NCBI GenBank assembly: GCA_964459145.1
Contig: CAYWKC010000001.1
Coordinates: forward strand, 40,200-104,199
Length of the DNA: 64,000 nucleotides
Direction of reading: 5' to 3'
From: an uncultured Candidatus Saccharibacteria bacterium
GTDB taxonomy: Bacteria; Patescibacteriota; Minisyncoccia; Phycocordibacterales; UBA12079
The notes beneath the pieces were generated by a model that worked only from the letters and a program-made list of their open reading frames with translations, was not told where the DNA came from and searched no databases. This document shows positions 47,683-57,420 of this stretch, piece after piece; the first letter of the stretch is position 1, and each line of letters starts with the position of its first letter. The translations under genes were made by a program, and so were the position numbers.

Positions 47683-48375
47683 TTAACCCCATTGTTTGGC
47701 TTTGAGAGCTTCCTCGGCCGCTGATTGTTCTGCTTCTTGTTTAGAAACCCCTTCTCCCTCTGCCACTAATTTATTGTTTAAAAATACTCCCACTCTAAAT
47801 CTTTTATCATGGTCAGGTCCAGTCTCTTCTAAAACTTGATAATTGGGTGTTATTTTCACAATTTCTTGAGCTTTTTCTTGAAAATTACTTTTGGCATCTT
47901 GCCACAAATTATTTTTAACCACTTCATTTATCTTTCCAAAAAAGTTATCAGCAATAAATTTTTGAACAATGACATAACCTTGGTCTAAATAAATTGCCCC
48001 AATAATCGCTTCTACTGCATTGGCCATAATAAAAGTCCGTGCTCTGCCTGTATCTTTAGCTTCACCCTTTGATAATTGTAAAAAATTATTTATTTCTAAT
48101 TTCTCTGCTACTTGAGATAAAGAAGTAGTATTGACTAAAGCTGACCGGTAAGCTGTTAAAGCTCCTTCATTCTCTTGTGAAAATTTTTCATAGAGATAAT
48201 GAGTAGTCACCAACTCCAAAACAGCATCACCTAAATACTCTAATCTTTCGTTATGTTCAGAAACTTCATTTTGATGTTCATTAACATAAGAACGATGAGT
48301 TAGAGCTGTTTTTAGTAATTCTTTATTCTTAAATTTTAATCCAATTTTTTCTTCAAATTTTGTAAAATCAATCAT
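47683..48375 (-). CDS. rnc: ribonuclease III
   Basis: ERLEYLGDAVL signature; C-terminal dsRBD. Confidence 0.9.
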   Translation of the reverse strand: MIDFTKFEEKIGLKFKNKELLKTALTHRSYVNEHQNEVSEHNERLEYLGDAVLELVTTHYLYEKFSQENEGALTAYRSALVNTTSLSQVAEKLEINNFLQLSKGEAKDTGRARTFIMANAVEAIIGAIYLDQGYVIVQKFIADNFFGKINEVVKNNLWQDAKSNFQEKAQEIVKITPNYQVLEETGPDHDKRFRVGVFLNNKLVAEGEGVSKQEAEQSAAEEALKAKQWG

Positions 48376-48517
48376 ATTTTTCTTATAAACGAAGCGAATT
48401 AGAAAAATATGACCCTACTAAACCAAATTTTGTAGAAATTTGAGTCATTTGATTTTTTGTTAAAAAATCAAATGATATTTAGTATGGGTGATTTTAATAA
48501 TTCCACACTATTAATAA

Positions 48518-49471
48518 TTATTTTCTTTGGACTTGAGACTTTATTAGCTCAACTCCTTTGTTAATTATTGGTCTTAAATCTTCATAAGTTCCAATTTCAT
48601 CAATTTTAGATAATTCAAACCACCTGACATCATCCAGAGTTCCTCGCTCTCCCCCATTCTCTTCTAACTCAAGAATATTAAAATCAGCTTTAGCCAAAAA
48701 ATAAGTAACTTTCCTTCTTGTGCGTGAACCACCTTCTTGGGTGCTATCTTCTTCATAAAGAGTGGCCACATATTCATTACTATTTACTTTGCCTTCTACC
48801 ACTACATCTAAACCTGTTCCTTCTTTGGCTTCTCTTCTTACACATTCTTCAAGAGTTTCGCCTTTTTCTTTTGTCCCCTTAACCAATGTCCAAAAACCAA
48901 AAACATTATGAACAAAAACTAAAAGAGTTTTTCCTTCCTTTTCTGTATAAATAATTGCCCCCCCTAATTCTTGAAGGGGCAAATTTTTTATATCCTCATC
49001 ATCTTTAAAATCTTTTTTAGGTTTATCCTTGGTTGTTTCATATTTTCTTGGTTCACCTAATTCTTTATAAATAGTTCCTAAAACACCACTTACAAATTTT
49101 CCACTATTTTCTCCTCCAAAGGCTTTGGCCAATTCTATGGCCTCATTGATAGCTACTTTAGGCGGAACTTCTTGTTTATCAGAAAACAATAATTCGTAAA
49201 TTCCAATACGTAAAATATTTCTATCTACAATAGAAATCTTATCTATCGGCCATTGTGGAGCAGCTTGTTGAATAATATTATCAAGATTTTCTTTTTCTTT
49301 TAGAATTCCTGTGATTAAAGATTTAGCAAAAAGATTTTCCTCTGAAATAATAGCAAATTCCTTTAGATTATAATCTAAAATATCAAATATGTTTGTTTTC
49401 TCTTCCTCCTTGAAATCCCATTCAAAAAGAGTTTGTAAAACTATTGATCTTGAAAGGTGCCTATTCAACAT
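48518..49471 (-). CDS. nusB: NusB antitermination factor fused to a C-terminal NUDIX hydrolase domain
   Basis: NusB motifs (RHLSRSIVLQTLFEWDF, DRNILRIGIYEL) in the N-terminal about 140 aa. Nudix box GTKEKGETLEECVRREAKEGTGL in the C-terminal half. Confidence 0.65.
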   Translation of the reverse strand: MLNRHLSRSIVLQTLFEWDFKEEEKTNIFDILDYNLKEFAIISEENLFAKSLITGILKEKENLDNIIQQAAPQWPIDKISIVDRNILRIGIYELLFSDKQEVPPKVAINEAIELAKAFGGENSGKFVSGVLGTIYKELGEPRKYETTKDKPKKDFKDDEDIKNLPLQELGGAIIYTEKEGKTLLVFVHNVFGFWTLVKGTKEKGETLEECVRREAKEGTGLDVVVEGKVNSNEYVATLYEEDSTQEGGSRTRRKVTYFLAKADFNILELEENGGERGTLDDVRWFELSKIDEIGTYEDLRPIINKGVELIKSQVQRK

Positions 49472-49518
49472 AAACCTAAATTGTTGAAGGTTGTCAAACC
49501 CGATAAATTTTTAAAAAA

Positions 49519-49818
49519 CTATTTTGTTTTCTTAGATAACTTTTTAGCATCTAAGACCTTTTCTTTTTCTTCTGATTTTGTGCTGGAATCTTTACCCAAT
49601 TCTTTCATCTTCGCTTTTTTTCTCTCAGTTTTCTTTTCTATTTGTGTTTGAACATCAATTACCTGCCTACTCCTATATTCACCACAAACTCCACAAACAC
49701 GATGACGCAAATGAAAGGAACCACACTTTGAACATTTAGAAAGTCGTGGTTCTGTTAAGCTATGATGTGATCGCCTATTTTTAGTATGACCACTAGTGTG
49801 CCGCATTCTGACTGACAT
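49519..49818 (-). CDS. rpmF: 50S ribosomal protein L32 with Lys-rich C-terminal extension
   Basis: MSVRMRHTSGHTKNRRSHHSLT...CSKCGSFHLRHRVCGVCGEY L32 zinc-ribbon core plus a 45-aa K/E-rich tail. Confidence 0.8.
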   Translation of the reverse strand: MSVRMRHTSGHTKNRRSHHSLTEPRLSKCSKCGSFHLRHRVCGVCGEYRSRQVIDVQTQIEKKTERKKAKMKELGKDSSTKSEEKEKVLDAKKLSKKTK

Positions 49819-49929
49819 ATTAAGAATTATTATAGCTAATTTTGTAAAAAAAGCAAATTAAAGAAATAAAACAAAAACAGGTTTCGCCTCCGGCGAAACC
49901 TGCTGTCAAACTGTAAGATTTTCTCTCTA

Positions 49930-50265
49930 CTACCAAATAGTATACCGTGGGCCAAGATCAAAAACGAACAAACAACCAAGACAGAGACTGATGACTATGA
50001 AAAGTAATCTCTTTCTTTGTTCTTTCCCCATGACGATAAAAAAGTCAAGGACGGCACCAAAGAATATGATTAGGCTAATGATATAAGCAACTATTGGGCT
50101 TACTAAAGAAAAAAATATTAGTAAGCCACAGCTGATAAAGAGAAATGCCCAAGCGAAAGAGAATGCAGAGAACTTTTCTTCTGCAAAGGCTTTCACTAAA
50201 AAATAAGCAAGACACATTCCCCCTATCGCCAAGCAACCACCAGAAACTCTGCTTAAATTTTCCAT
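49930..50265 (-). CDS. hypothetical small membrane protein
   Basis: 111 aa, about three TM helices, terminator downstream (CAGGTTTCGCC...GGCGAAACCTG). Confidence 0.35.
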   Translation of the reverse strand: MENLSRVSGGCLAIGGMCLAYFLVKAFAEEKFSAFSFAWAFLFISCGLLIFFSLVSPIVAYIISLIIFFGAVLDFFIVMGKEQRKRLLFIVISLCLGCLFVFDLGPRYTIW

Positions 50266-50387
50266 TTTTAATACCCCCCATTTTTGGTTTAATTTAAGTT
50301 ATCTCACTCAAAGGACCACTGATTGTTTTATACCACAAAGTAGGATTTTGTCAATCATTCTGAAATATTTTTAAGTTCTGCTATAAT

Positions 50388-53300
50388 ATGACTATGTCTG
50401 AATTTTCTCACCTACACACCCACAGCCACTATAGCCTATTAAATGCTTTACCTAGAATTAAGGAGTTGGTAGCTCGTGCTAAAGAAAATACGATGCCTGC
50501 TTTAGCCTTAACTGATAATGGAAATATGTATGGCACCATTGAGTTTTACCAAGAATGTTTAAAACAAGATATTAAACCAATTTTGGGTGTAGATTTTTAT
50601 GTCGCTCTTAAAACCCGTCATGATAGACGGTCAGGAATTGATAATCGCAACAATCGTTTAGTCCTCTTGGCTAAAAACGAACAGGGTTATAAAAATTTAA
50701 TCAAATTAGTCAGTCAATCATTTTTAGAGGGATTTTATTACAGACCCAGAATTGATAAAGAACTCATTGAGCAATACAAAGAAGGATTAATCTGTATTAT
50801 GCCCCAGTTTAGTGGAGAAATCTCCAAAGCTCTTCAAATTAATGATAAAGAAAAAGCTAAAGAAGTCGCCGAATGGTACAAACAAAATTTCGGAAGTTTT
50901 TTTCTAGAAATAACTCATCACCCTGAAATTGAAGGCCAATTAAAATTAAAAGAACAAATTATAAATTTTGCTAATGACGAAGACCTTCCTTTGGTGGCTT
51001 GCCAAGATGTTTATTATTTAAATCCTGAAGATAAAAAAGCTCGCGATATTTTAATGTCTATCCAAAATTCAATTCCCCACCGCCGGAATGAACAAGAAGA
51101 TTTTTCTTTTATCAATCAAGAAACCGCTAATGAGTATTTCAAAAACACCCCTGAAGCATTAAAAAATATCCAAAAAATAGTAGATAAATGCAATATTAAG
51201 TTAGATATTGATAGTTGGTATTTCCCTGATATTGAAATCCCTGAAGGAGAAACTTACGATTCTCAATTAAGAAAAACTACCTACGCTGGAATAAAAGAAC
51301 GGGGTTTAGAAAAAACTAAAGAAATTGAAGACCGCATTGAATATGAATTAGAAATTATCAGAAATAAGGGATATTCTTCTTATTTTTTGATTGTCTCTGA
51401 CTTAATCAAACATGCTCGGAGTGAAGGAATTTTAACTAACACCCGAGGTTCTGCCGCCGGTTCTTTAGTTTCTTACTTAAATTTTATTACTAAAATTAAT
51501 CCGCTGGAATTAAAACTCCCTTTTGAAAGATTTATGAACCCAGAACGCCCTGGTATCCCTGATATTGATGTAGATATTGCTGATAACCGTCGAGATGATG
51601 TCATTGACTATATGAGAAGCAAGTATGGAGAAGAAGCTGTGGCACAAATTGGAACTTTTGGAACTATGGCTGCTCGTGGGTCTGTCCGCGATGTTACCAG
51701 AGCTTTAGGTCACCCTTATGAACTGGGCGATAAGATTGCTAAATTAATTCCTATTGGTTCTCAAGGATTCCCCATGACCATATCAAGAGCTCTTGATATG
51801 GAAGAAGAACTTAGAAAACTCCAAGAAGATAATCCCGATGTTCGGGAAATAATAAAATATGCTCAAAAGATTGAGGGTTGTGCTCGACATATTTCCACTC
51901 ACGCTGCAGGAGTTCTAATTTCTCCCACCCGAATTGATGATTATACCCCTGTTCAACTGGATAAAGATGGGAAAATTATTACTCAATATGATATGTATAC
52001 AGGAGGACAAGACGGCGTAGTTAATTTACCTAAATTTGATATCTTGGGAATTAAAAATTTATCAATTCTTTCTAATGCCATTCAATTAGCCAAAAAATTG
52101 AGGAGGATAGAAGTTGATTTAGATAATATTGATTTAAAAAATAAAAAAACTTATGAAATGTTAGCTCGCGGAGAAACTTTGGGAACTTTTCAATTAAATG
52201 GACAAGGGATGACCCAATACTTAAAAGAACTAAAACCAAAATCAATTTGGGATATTATGGCGATGGTAGCTCTTTATCGTCCAGGACCAATGGCCTTTAT
52301 CCCAGATTATATTAAAAGAAAAGAAAATCCTCGTTTAGTCACTTATCTTCATCCTGAGCTAAAAAATATTTTGGAACCAACTTATGGAATTATCATTTAC
52401 CAAGATGATGTTATGCTTATCGCTGTAAACTTGGCTGGCTATACATGGGCAGAAGCTGATAAATTTAGGAAAGCCATGGGGAAAAAAATTCCAGAAATGA
52501 TGCAAGAACAAAAAGACAAGTTTTTTAAGGGATGTTCAGAACATGGGATAGAACAAAAAATCATACAAAAACTGTGGGAGACCATAGAGACCTTTGCCGC
52601 TTATGGTTTTAACAAAGCTCATTCAGCTTCTTATGGACGAGTAGCTTATGAGACCTCTTATATGAAAGCTAACTTCCCTATTGAATATATGACCGCTTTG
52701 TTAATGGCCGACTCTGGCGACACAGAAAAAATAGCTGAAATTATTACTGAATGTAAAAGATTAGACATTGAAGTGCTCCCACCCGATATCAATGAATCTT
52801 TCACAGATTTTACAATAGTTCTTGATAAAAAGACCAAAAAAGAAGCTATTCGTTTTGGTTTACAAACTATTAAAAATTTTGGAGAAGGAATCGCCAATTC
52901 TATAATTTCTGAAAGAAAGAAAAACGGACCTTTTAAATCTTTAATTGATTTTTTAGAACGAGTTCAAGATAGAAATTTAAATAAAAAATCCTTAGAAGCT
53001 CTAACTATGTGTGGGGCCATGGATAAGTTAGGCGAAAGAAAACAAATTGTAGAAAATATGCCTGATTTATTAAAATACAATAAAGATTTTGGATTAAAAC
53101 CAAAAGAACAAGATTCTTTATTTGGGAATAATTTTCAGACTCCTCAAATCACTTTGAGAAAAGTAACCCCTGCTACTACTGAAGAAAAACTTGTTTGGGA
53201 AAAAGAACTTTTGGGTTTATATATCTCTGGTCACCCCTTGGACAAATTTAGCCAACAATTATTAAAAAGCAAAACAAATTTAAGTAGGATTAAAAAAAGA

Positions 53301-53558
53301 GCATCAGAAGGAGTCACCACTGTTGTGGCTGGTTTAATTGAGGATTGTAGACCAATTTTAACCAGAAAGGGAGATAAAATGGTCTTCCTCAAATTATCAG
53401 ATTTTAGTGATAGCATAGAGGTAGTCGTCTTTCCTAAAATTTATTCAGACTTTGTTGAATTATTACAAAATGAAAAATGTGTTTTAATTAAAGGTAGAAT
53501 TTCAAAAAGAAATGAAGACACTTCTCTTATTGCCGAAAGCATCCGAGAATTGAAATAA
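50388..53558 (+). CDS. dnaE: DNA polymerase III alpha subunit
   Basis: N-terminal PHP domain (HLHTHSHYSLL), polymerase core and OB fold. Confidence 0.9.
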   Translation: MTMSEFSHLHTHSHYSLLNALPRIKELVARAKENTMPALALTDNGNMYGTIEFYQECLKQDIKPILGVDFYVALKTRHDRRSGIDNRNNRLVLLAKNEQGYKNLIKLVSQSFLEGFYYRPRIDKELIEQYKEGLICIMPQFSGEISKALQINDKEKAKEVAEWYKQNFGSFFLEITHHPEIEGQLKLKEQIINFANDEDLPLVACQDVYYLNPEDKKARDILMSIQNSIPHRRNEQEDFSFINQETANEYFKNTPEALKNIQKIVDKCNIKLDIDSWYFPDIEIPEGETYDSQLRKTTYAGIKERGLEKTKEIEDRIEYELEIIRNKGYSSYFLIVSDLIKHARSEGILTNTRGSAAGSLVSYLNFITKINPLELKLPFERFMNPERPGIPDIDVDIADNRRDDVIDYMRSKYGEEAVAQIGTFGTMAARGSVRDVTRALGHPYELGDKIAKLIPIGSQGFPMTISRALDMEEELRKLQEDNPDVREIIKYAQKIEGCARHISTHAAGVLISPTRIDDYTPVQLDKDGKIITQYDMYTGGQDGVVNLPKFDILGIKNLSILSNAIQLAKKLRRIEVDLDNIDLKNKKTYEMLARGETLGTFQLNGQGMTQYLKELKPKSIWDIMAMVALYRPGPMAFIPDYIKRKENPRLVTYLHPELKNILEPTYGIIIYQDDVMLIAVNLAGYTWAEADKFRKAMGKKIPEMMQEQKDKFFKGCSEHGIEQKIIQKLWETIETFAAYGFNKAHSASYGRVAYETSYMKANFPIEYMTALLMADSGDTEKIAEIITECKRLDIEVLPPDINESFTDFTIVLDKKTKKEAIRFGLQTIKNFGEGIANSIISERKKNGPFKSLIDFLERVQDRNLNKKSLEALTMCGAMDKLGERKQIVENMPDLLKYNKDFGLKPKEQDSLFGNNFQTPQITLRKVTPATTEEKLVWEKELLGLYISGHPLDKFSQQLLKSKTNLSRIKKRASEGVTTVVAGLIEDCRPILTRKGDKMVFLKLSDFSDSIEVVVFPKIYSDFVELLQNEKCVLIKGRISKRNEDTSLIAESIRELK

Positions 53559-53563
53559 ATCAA

Positions 53564-53592
53564 AATTTATGGCTATGCGATAGCCGTAAATT
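53564..53592. repeat. 29-bp REP-like palindrome after dnaE (one mismatch)
   Basis: AATTTATGGCTATGCGATAGCCGTAAATT. Confidence 0.75.
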
Positions 53593-53599
53593 TTGATTG

Positions 53600-53632
53600 A
53601 ACCCCCAAGAATCAGGGCCGGTTGGGGGGGGT
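53600..53632. terminator. bidirectional terminator (dnaE and tRNA-Glu)
   Basis: AACCCCCAAGAATCAGGGCCGGTTGGGGGGGTT with flanking T and A runs. Confidence 0.55.
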
Positions 53633-53657
53633 TAGGGTGTTTTTAGTACCAAAAGAG

Positions 53658-53729
53658 TAGCTCTACCGGGAATTGAACCCGGATTTCCGCCTTGAGAAGG
53701 CGATGTCCTAACCGTTAGACGATAGAGCC
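53658..53729 (-). tRNA. tRNA-Glu (CUC)
   Basis: Acceptor GGCTCTA/TAGAGCT, D-arm TCGTCTAACGGTTAGGAC, anticodon loop TTCTCAA, T-arm CCGGGTTCAATTCCCGG. Confidence 0.8.
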
Positions 53730-53951
53730 AAATATTATTTAAAAATTAAACTTGTTACTATATTAACATTTTTCTTAGAACATCGCCTTCTATGATGCTC
53801 TCTCTATTTTCTATCTCACTATCGTTCAATAAAGAAAATTTTTTCTTTCAGAAAAACCGGATGAAAAGCCAAGTAGCCTGTCTGCCGACAGAGGCAGGTT
53901 GGCTTTTCATTCCAATACCCATTAGACGATAGAGCCAAATACTCCTATATG
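53730..53951 (+). repeat. tRNA-Glu 5'-side element ending in a 20-nt copy of the tRNA 5' end plus flank
   Basis: 53932-53951 TTAGACGATAGAGCCAAATA matches 53715-53734. Hairpin GAAAAGCCAA...TTGGCTTTTC at 53873-53918 encloses a GC palindrome related to that at 14552. Confidence 0.45.
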
Positions 53952-54143
53952 TTACTGTTTTTCTACTAAAAATCAAAGTTATTTACATGAACCCCCCCCC
54001 AATCACCCCCAATCACCCCAAAACCGCCCTACTTCTTAGGGGTTTAACCTTATTTATGAAGTATCTGTGAAGGTTATCCGCAAAGGTTCAACCTCCGCGA
54101 ACCAAAAAAACAACTCGGCAATTAAAAATATGTCATTTCTATT

Positions 54144-54392
54144 TTATAAATCATTTAAAGCTGTTAATTCAGCATTATTATATTCTTCTTCCGTAATCTC
54201 TTCGCCACTCGTTAAAACTTCAAACACAACTTTATTACCATACGGAACTTCAGATTCTCCCTGAGTAGTTTTTATAAACCCGACATAAGGAGCGTCAACT
54301 CCTGTTGTTGGAACAGTCCGAATAAACTCCCCCAAACCTTTGGCAAACACCTTCTCTCTAAACGCCTTCATTGTTAAATGATTTTCTGACAT
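54144..54392 (-). CDS. hypothetical protein, last gene of the restriction-modification operon
   Basis: 82-aa ORF co-oriented with and downstream of the nuclease gene. Confidence 0.35.
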   Translation of the reverse strand: MSENHLTMKAFREKVFAKGLGEFIRTVPTTGVDAPYVGFIKTTQGESEVPYGNKVVFEVLTSGEEITEEEYNNAELTALNDL

Positions 54393-54491
54393 AATTTTTA
54401 TTTTCCCTCATAACCCAATCTCGCGTTAAAATAATCACAAAATTCACAATCTTTTCCTGACTCTGGCATCTGTTCACTGTCTAAACATTTT

Positions 54492-55151
54492 TTAATTTCT
54501 CCAATCATCCCCCCCCACCCAACTGTCATCCCCTTCATAGGCAATCAGCTTGACATCAAAATCAATCTTCCCATCAAACGCTTCCCGATCTAACTTCCCC
54601 GTGCAATAAACAAAGTAGCCCGTCTTAGAAACTTTCAACCCAGTCTTTCTCAATAACCACTGATAAACTTCCATTTGTCTTTTATAGCCGTCTTGCCATT
54701 CTTTATCTAATTCTACCACTGGTTCATCTTTCGCGGTCGCTTTATAATCAACGACAATATATTCCCCCTGACTATTTATCCAAAGATCATCAATCGCCCC
54801 GGTGATGACCAAACCAGTTTTTTTGTCCTCGTAACGAACACCTTTAAAATTCTCCCTCCAAATATCCAACTCCTCATGAGCGACCGGCCGAGCATCTACC
54901 CCATATTGCTCCTGTAAAGGATGTTGTTCCCCTTTCGCCCGATGAATATCAAATTCTTTTTTAAGTAGAGTATCAACCGCACTGTTGATAGCAAAAGGAA
55001 ACCCCGGCGGTCTCTTCGTTCCCAATTTATTATCAATATAAAAACAACGAGGACATTGCCGAAACAAATCTATCTTAGACCGACTCAGTTTCCATTGCTT
55101 TCCTCCGTAATTCCACGAAGCTTTTCTGTTGGAGTTATAATAATCTGACAT
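54492..55151 (-). CDS. PD-(D/E)xK nuclease, Cas4/RecB-like
   Basis: N-terminal LSRSKIDLFRQCPRCFY motif, GAIDDL and IVVDYKAT nuclease motifs. Confidence 0.6.
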   Translation of the reverse strand: MSDYYNSNRKASWNYGGKQWKLSRSKIDLFRQCPRCFYIDNKLGTKRPPGFPFAINSAVDTLLKKEFDIHRAKGEQHPLQEQYGVDARPVAHEELDIWRENFKGVRYEDKKTGLVITGAIDDLWINSQGEYIVVDYKATAKDEPVVELDKEWQDGYKRQMEVYQWLLRKTGLKVSKTGYFVYCTGKLDREAFDGKIDFDVKLIAYEGDDSWVGGDDWRN

Positions 55152-55181
55152 GGTTTTAATTTAAAATTTATAATTTTTAAT

Positions 55182-57419
55182 CTACAAGTTTAAATTTTTC
55201 CATTCTTTTAAATCCGAATCTTTTGCAATCTTCCACAAACCAGATACTTCTTTTATCAAACCCCCTTTAAATTTTTTATTTTCTTTTAACCAATTTTCTA
55301 ACGCTCTTGCTCTCATTCTTGCACCTTCTCCCTCCGCAGTAAAGCCACTTTTTGTATCCACAATCCAAATATTATTTTTGGTTTTTATAAACCAATCAGG
55401 AAAAAATAACCTTCCGTCCTCCCTTTTCACAGAAAAATTATCTGACCCATTATCCCCATTCTTATACCACCAAATAACACTTTTATTTTTCTCCAAATAA
55501 TCCACAAAACTTTTTTCATTTTTATTTTCTTTTTCTAAGTAACAAGGCTCTAAAGCACATTTTTTGCTTTCTATTTCTTTATACAAAGAATTATATCTAA
55601 CTTCTGACAAAGGAATTTTTATCGGTTTCGTTTCATCTATCCTTTTTTCTTTTTCATTTTCTTCTATTTTTCGTACCTCTTTATATTTCAAAAGGGCTTC
55701 ATTTATTATAGGAACCAGAGTACTATTTGATCCTTTCATTAAATCATTAACAATATAATGATAATATTCTTTCTTCTCCCCTATTTTTAAAATATCTTCA
55801 AAAAATACATTCAAAGCTGATTTTAATACTCCATAGGAACGAATTATTCCACCATATTTTGATTCTTCTTCCTGTTTAGACAATACTTCAATACAAAGTT
55901 TCTTATATAGTTTTTCTACATCTGGATAAGACATTTCTTGTCCAAAATCTTTTGCTTCTTTTAATCGTTTTATAAACTTATCATAATCAGTAATTTTTTG
56001 GTCAACTATTAAATTCAAATCTAAATGATTATTAAAATAAAAACCAGCTTTTTTTAAGGCTTCTTTGTTTTTAAAATATTTTTTTGCAACCTCAATAAAA
56101 GTGAATTGAAAAGTTTTTCCTAAATCATTATAACTAGTTCTTTGAGAGACAAAAGTTTTTAAATCAATTTGTTCTACATCTTTTTTTATTTTTGCTACAA
56201 GAAGTTTTGTTTCATTTGGTCCTATTCCTTGAAAATTTTTATAACTGTCTATAATTTCATTTTTTGTGTAAGTCGTATATAAATAAGAATGATTAAGGAT
56301 AGACTCTAAATATTTTTTTGCTTCTGGCATTCTCAAAACTCTTCCTAAAAGCTGAATTTGAAAGACTGGGCTCTTGGTTTCCCTATACATCAACATCACT
56401 TGGGCTCTAGGGCAATCCCATCCAGTCGCTGGGGCTTGTTTAAAAAGTAAAACATCAACTTTATTATTATGTTTTGTTATATTTTCTAAGTTTTCTTTAT
56501 CAGAACCAGTCAACCACACTGCTATTTTATTTTTTTCAACACCTTTTTCTTCTAAATACCCCAAAACAATATCTTTTTGTTTTCTCTCTTCTTGATCTTT
56601 CTTTTCATCATTAGGAAGTTGAATCATCAAAAGAGGATTAACATCAATATTATTTTTTTCATAAACTTTTTTTAATTCTTCTCTTTTTTTAAGAGCCAGA
56701 TCTAAAACATACCTATCTAAATCTTCTTCTTTTTTATCTTTAAAATCTTCTTTTGTTTGTGATAAAATACCCTCTTTAATAAGTCCTGCATTAACAACAT
56801 CTTCATAAGGTATATCTACATCAACATTCTCACTATCATGAGTAGCCGTTATTTTTAAAATGATTCTAGGGTTTATTTCTTTTATAACTTCATCAGCTAA
56901 TTGAGTTCTCACTTCCCTATGGGCTTCATCAATTATTAAAATAATATTTCTATCTTCTAATTTGGTTCTTTCTATCATTCCATCCCAAGTAATCTCTGTT
57001 TCTCCCTCTCTTCTTAATTTTCTTCCCTCTTTGTTCGCAGTTTTTATCTTAGACCAATTAAAAAACAAAATTTCATTTTGTTCTAAAATTTTACCTCTAC
57101 TTAAATCATTCAAATCAGTAATATCTATGGCAACATTTCCATCATAGTATTGCATAAATTTATTTTTACTTTGGGAAGCAAGATCTCCGTCTTTTGACCC
57201 TCCAATACTAACCCACAAAAAAGTTAAATCAGCCTCAACAAGTCTTGGGTCATTTGTAAGGTCTTTTATAAATTGAGCCATCATCACAGTTTTCCCCGAT
57301 CCTGTTGGAGCTTGAAATCTTATAGATTGCATTGATTCTTTTTTCCACTTATGAAGAAACTCGTCCATCAACTTTTCTGTAGCTTCTATTTGAAATGGTT
57401 TCAATATTATTTGTTTCAT
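55182..57419 (-). CDS. res: Type III restriction enzyme Res subunit (SF2 helicase plus PD-(D/E)xK)
   Basis: Motif I FQAPTGSGKT, DEAH box IIDEAHR, C-terminal FPD...IVDTK endonuclease motif. Confidence 0.8.
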   Translation of the reverse strand: MKQIILKPFQIEATEKLMDEFLHKWKKESMQSIRFQAPTGSGKTVMMAQFIKDLTNDPRLVEADLTFLWVSIGGSKDGDLASQSKNKFMQYYDGNVAIDITDLNDLSRGKILEQNEILFFNWSKIKTANKEGRKLRREGETEITWDGMIERTKLEDRNIILIIDEAHREVRTQLADEVIKEINPRIILKITATHDSENVDVDIPYEDVVNAGLIKEGILSQTKEDFKDKKEEDLDRYVLDLALKKREELKKVYEKNNIDVNPLLMIQLPNDEKKDQEERKQKDIVLGYLEEKGVEKNKIAVWLTGSDKENLENITKHNNKVDVLLFKQAPATGWDCPRAQVMLMYRETKSPVFQIQLLGRVLRMPEAKKYLESILNHSYLYTTYTKNEIIDSYKNFQGIGPNETKLLVAKIKKDVEQIDLKTFVSQRTSYNDLGKTFQFTFIEVAKKYFKNKEALKKAGFYFNNHLDLNLIVDQKITDYDKFIKRLKEAKDFGQEMSYPDVEKLYKKLCIEVLSKQEEESKYGGIIRSYGVLKSALNVFFEDILKIGEKKEYYHYIVNDLMKGSNSTLVPIINEALLKYKEVRKIEENEKEKRIDETKPIKIPLSEVRYNSLYKEIESKKCALEPCYLEKENKNEKSFVDYLEKNKSVIWWYKNGDNGSDNFSVKREDGRLFFPDWFIKTKNNIWIVDTKSGFTAEGEGARMRARALENWLKENKKFKGGLIKEVSGLWKIAKDSDLKEWKNLNL

Positions 57420-57420
57420 A

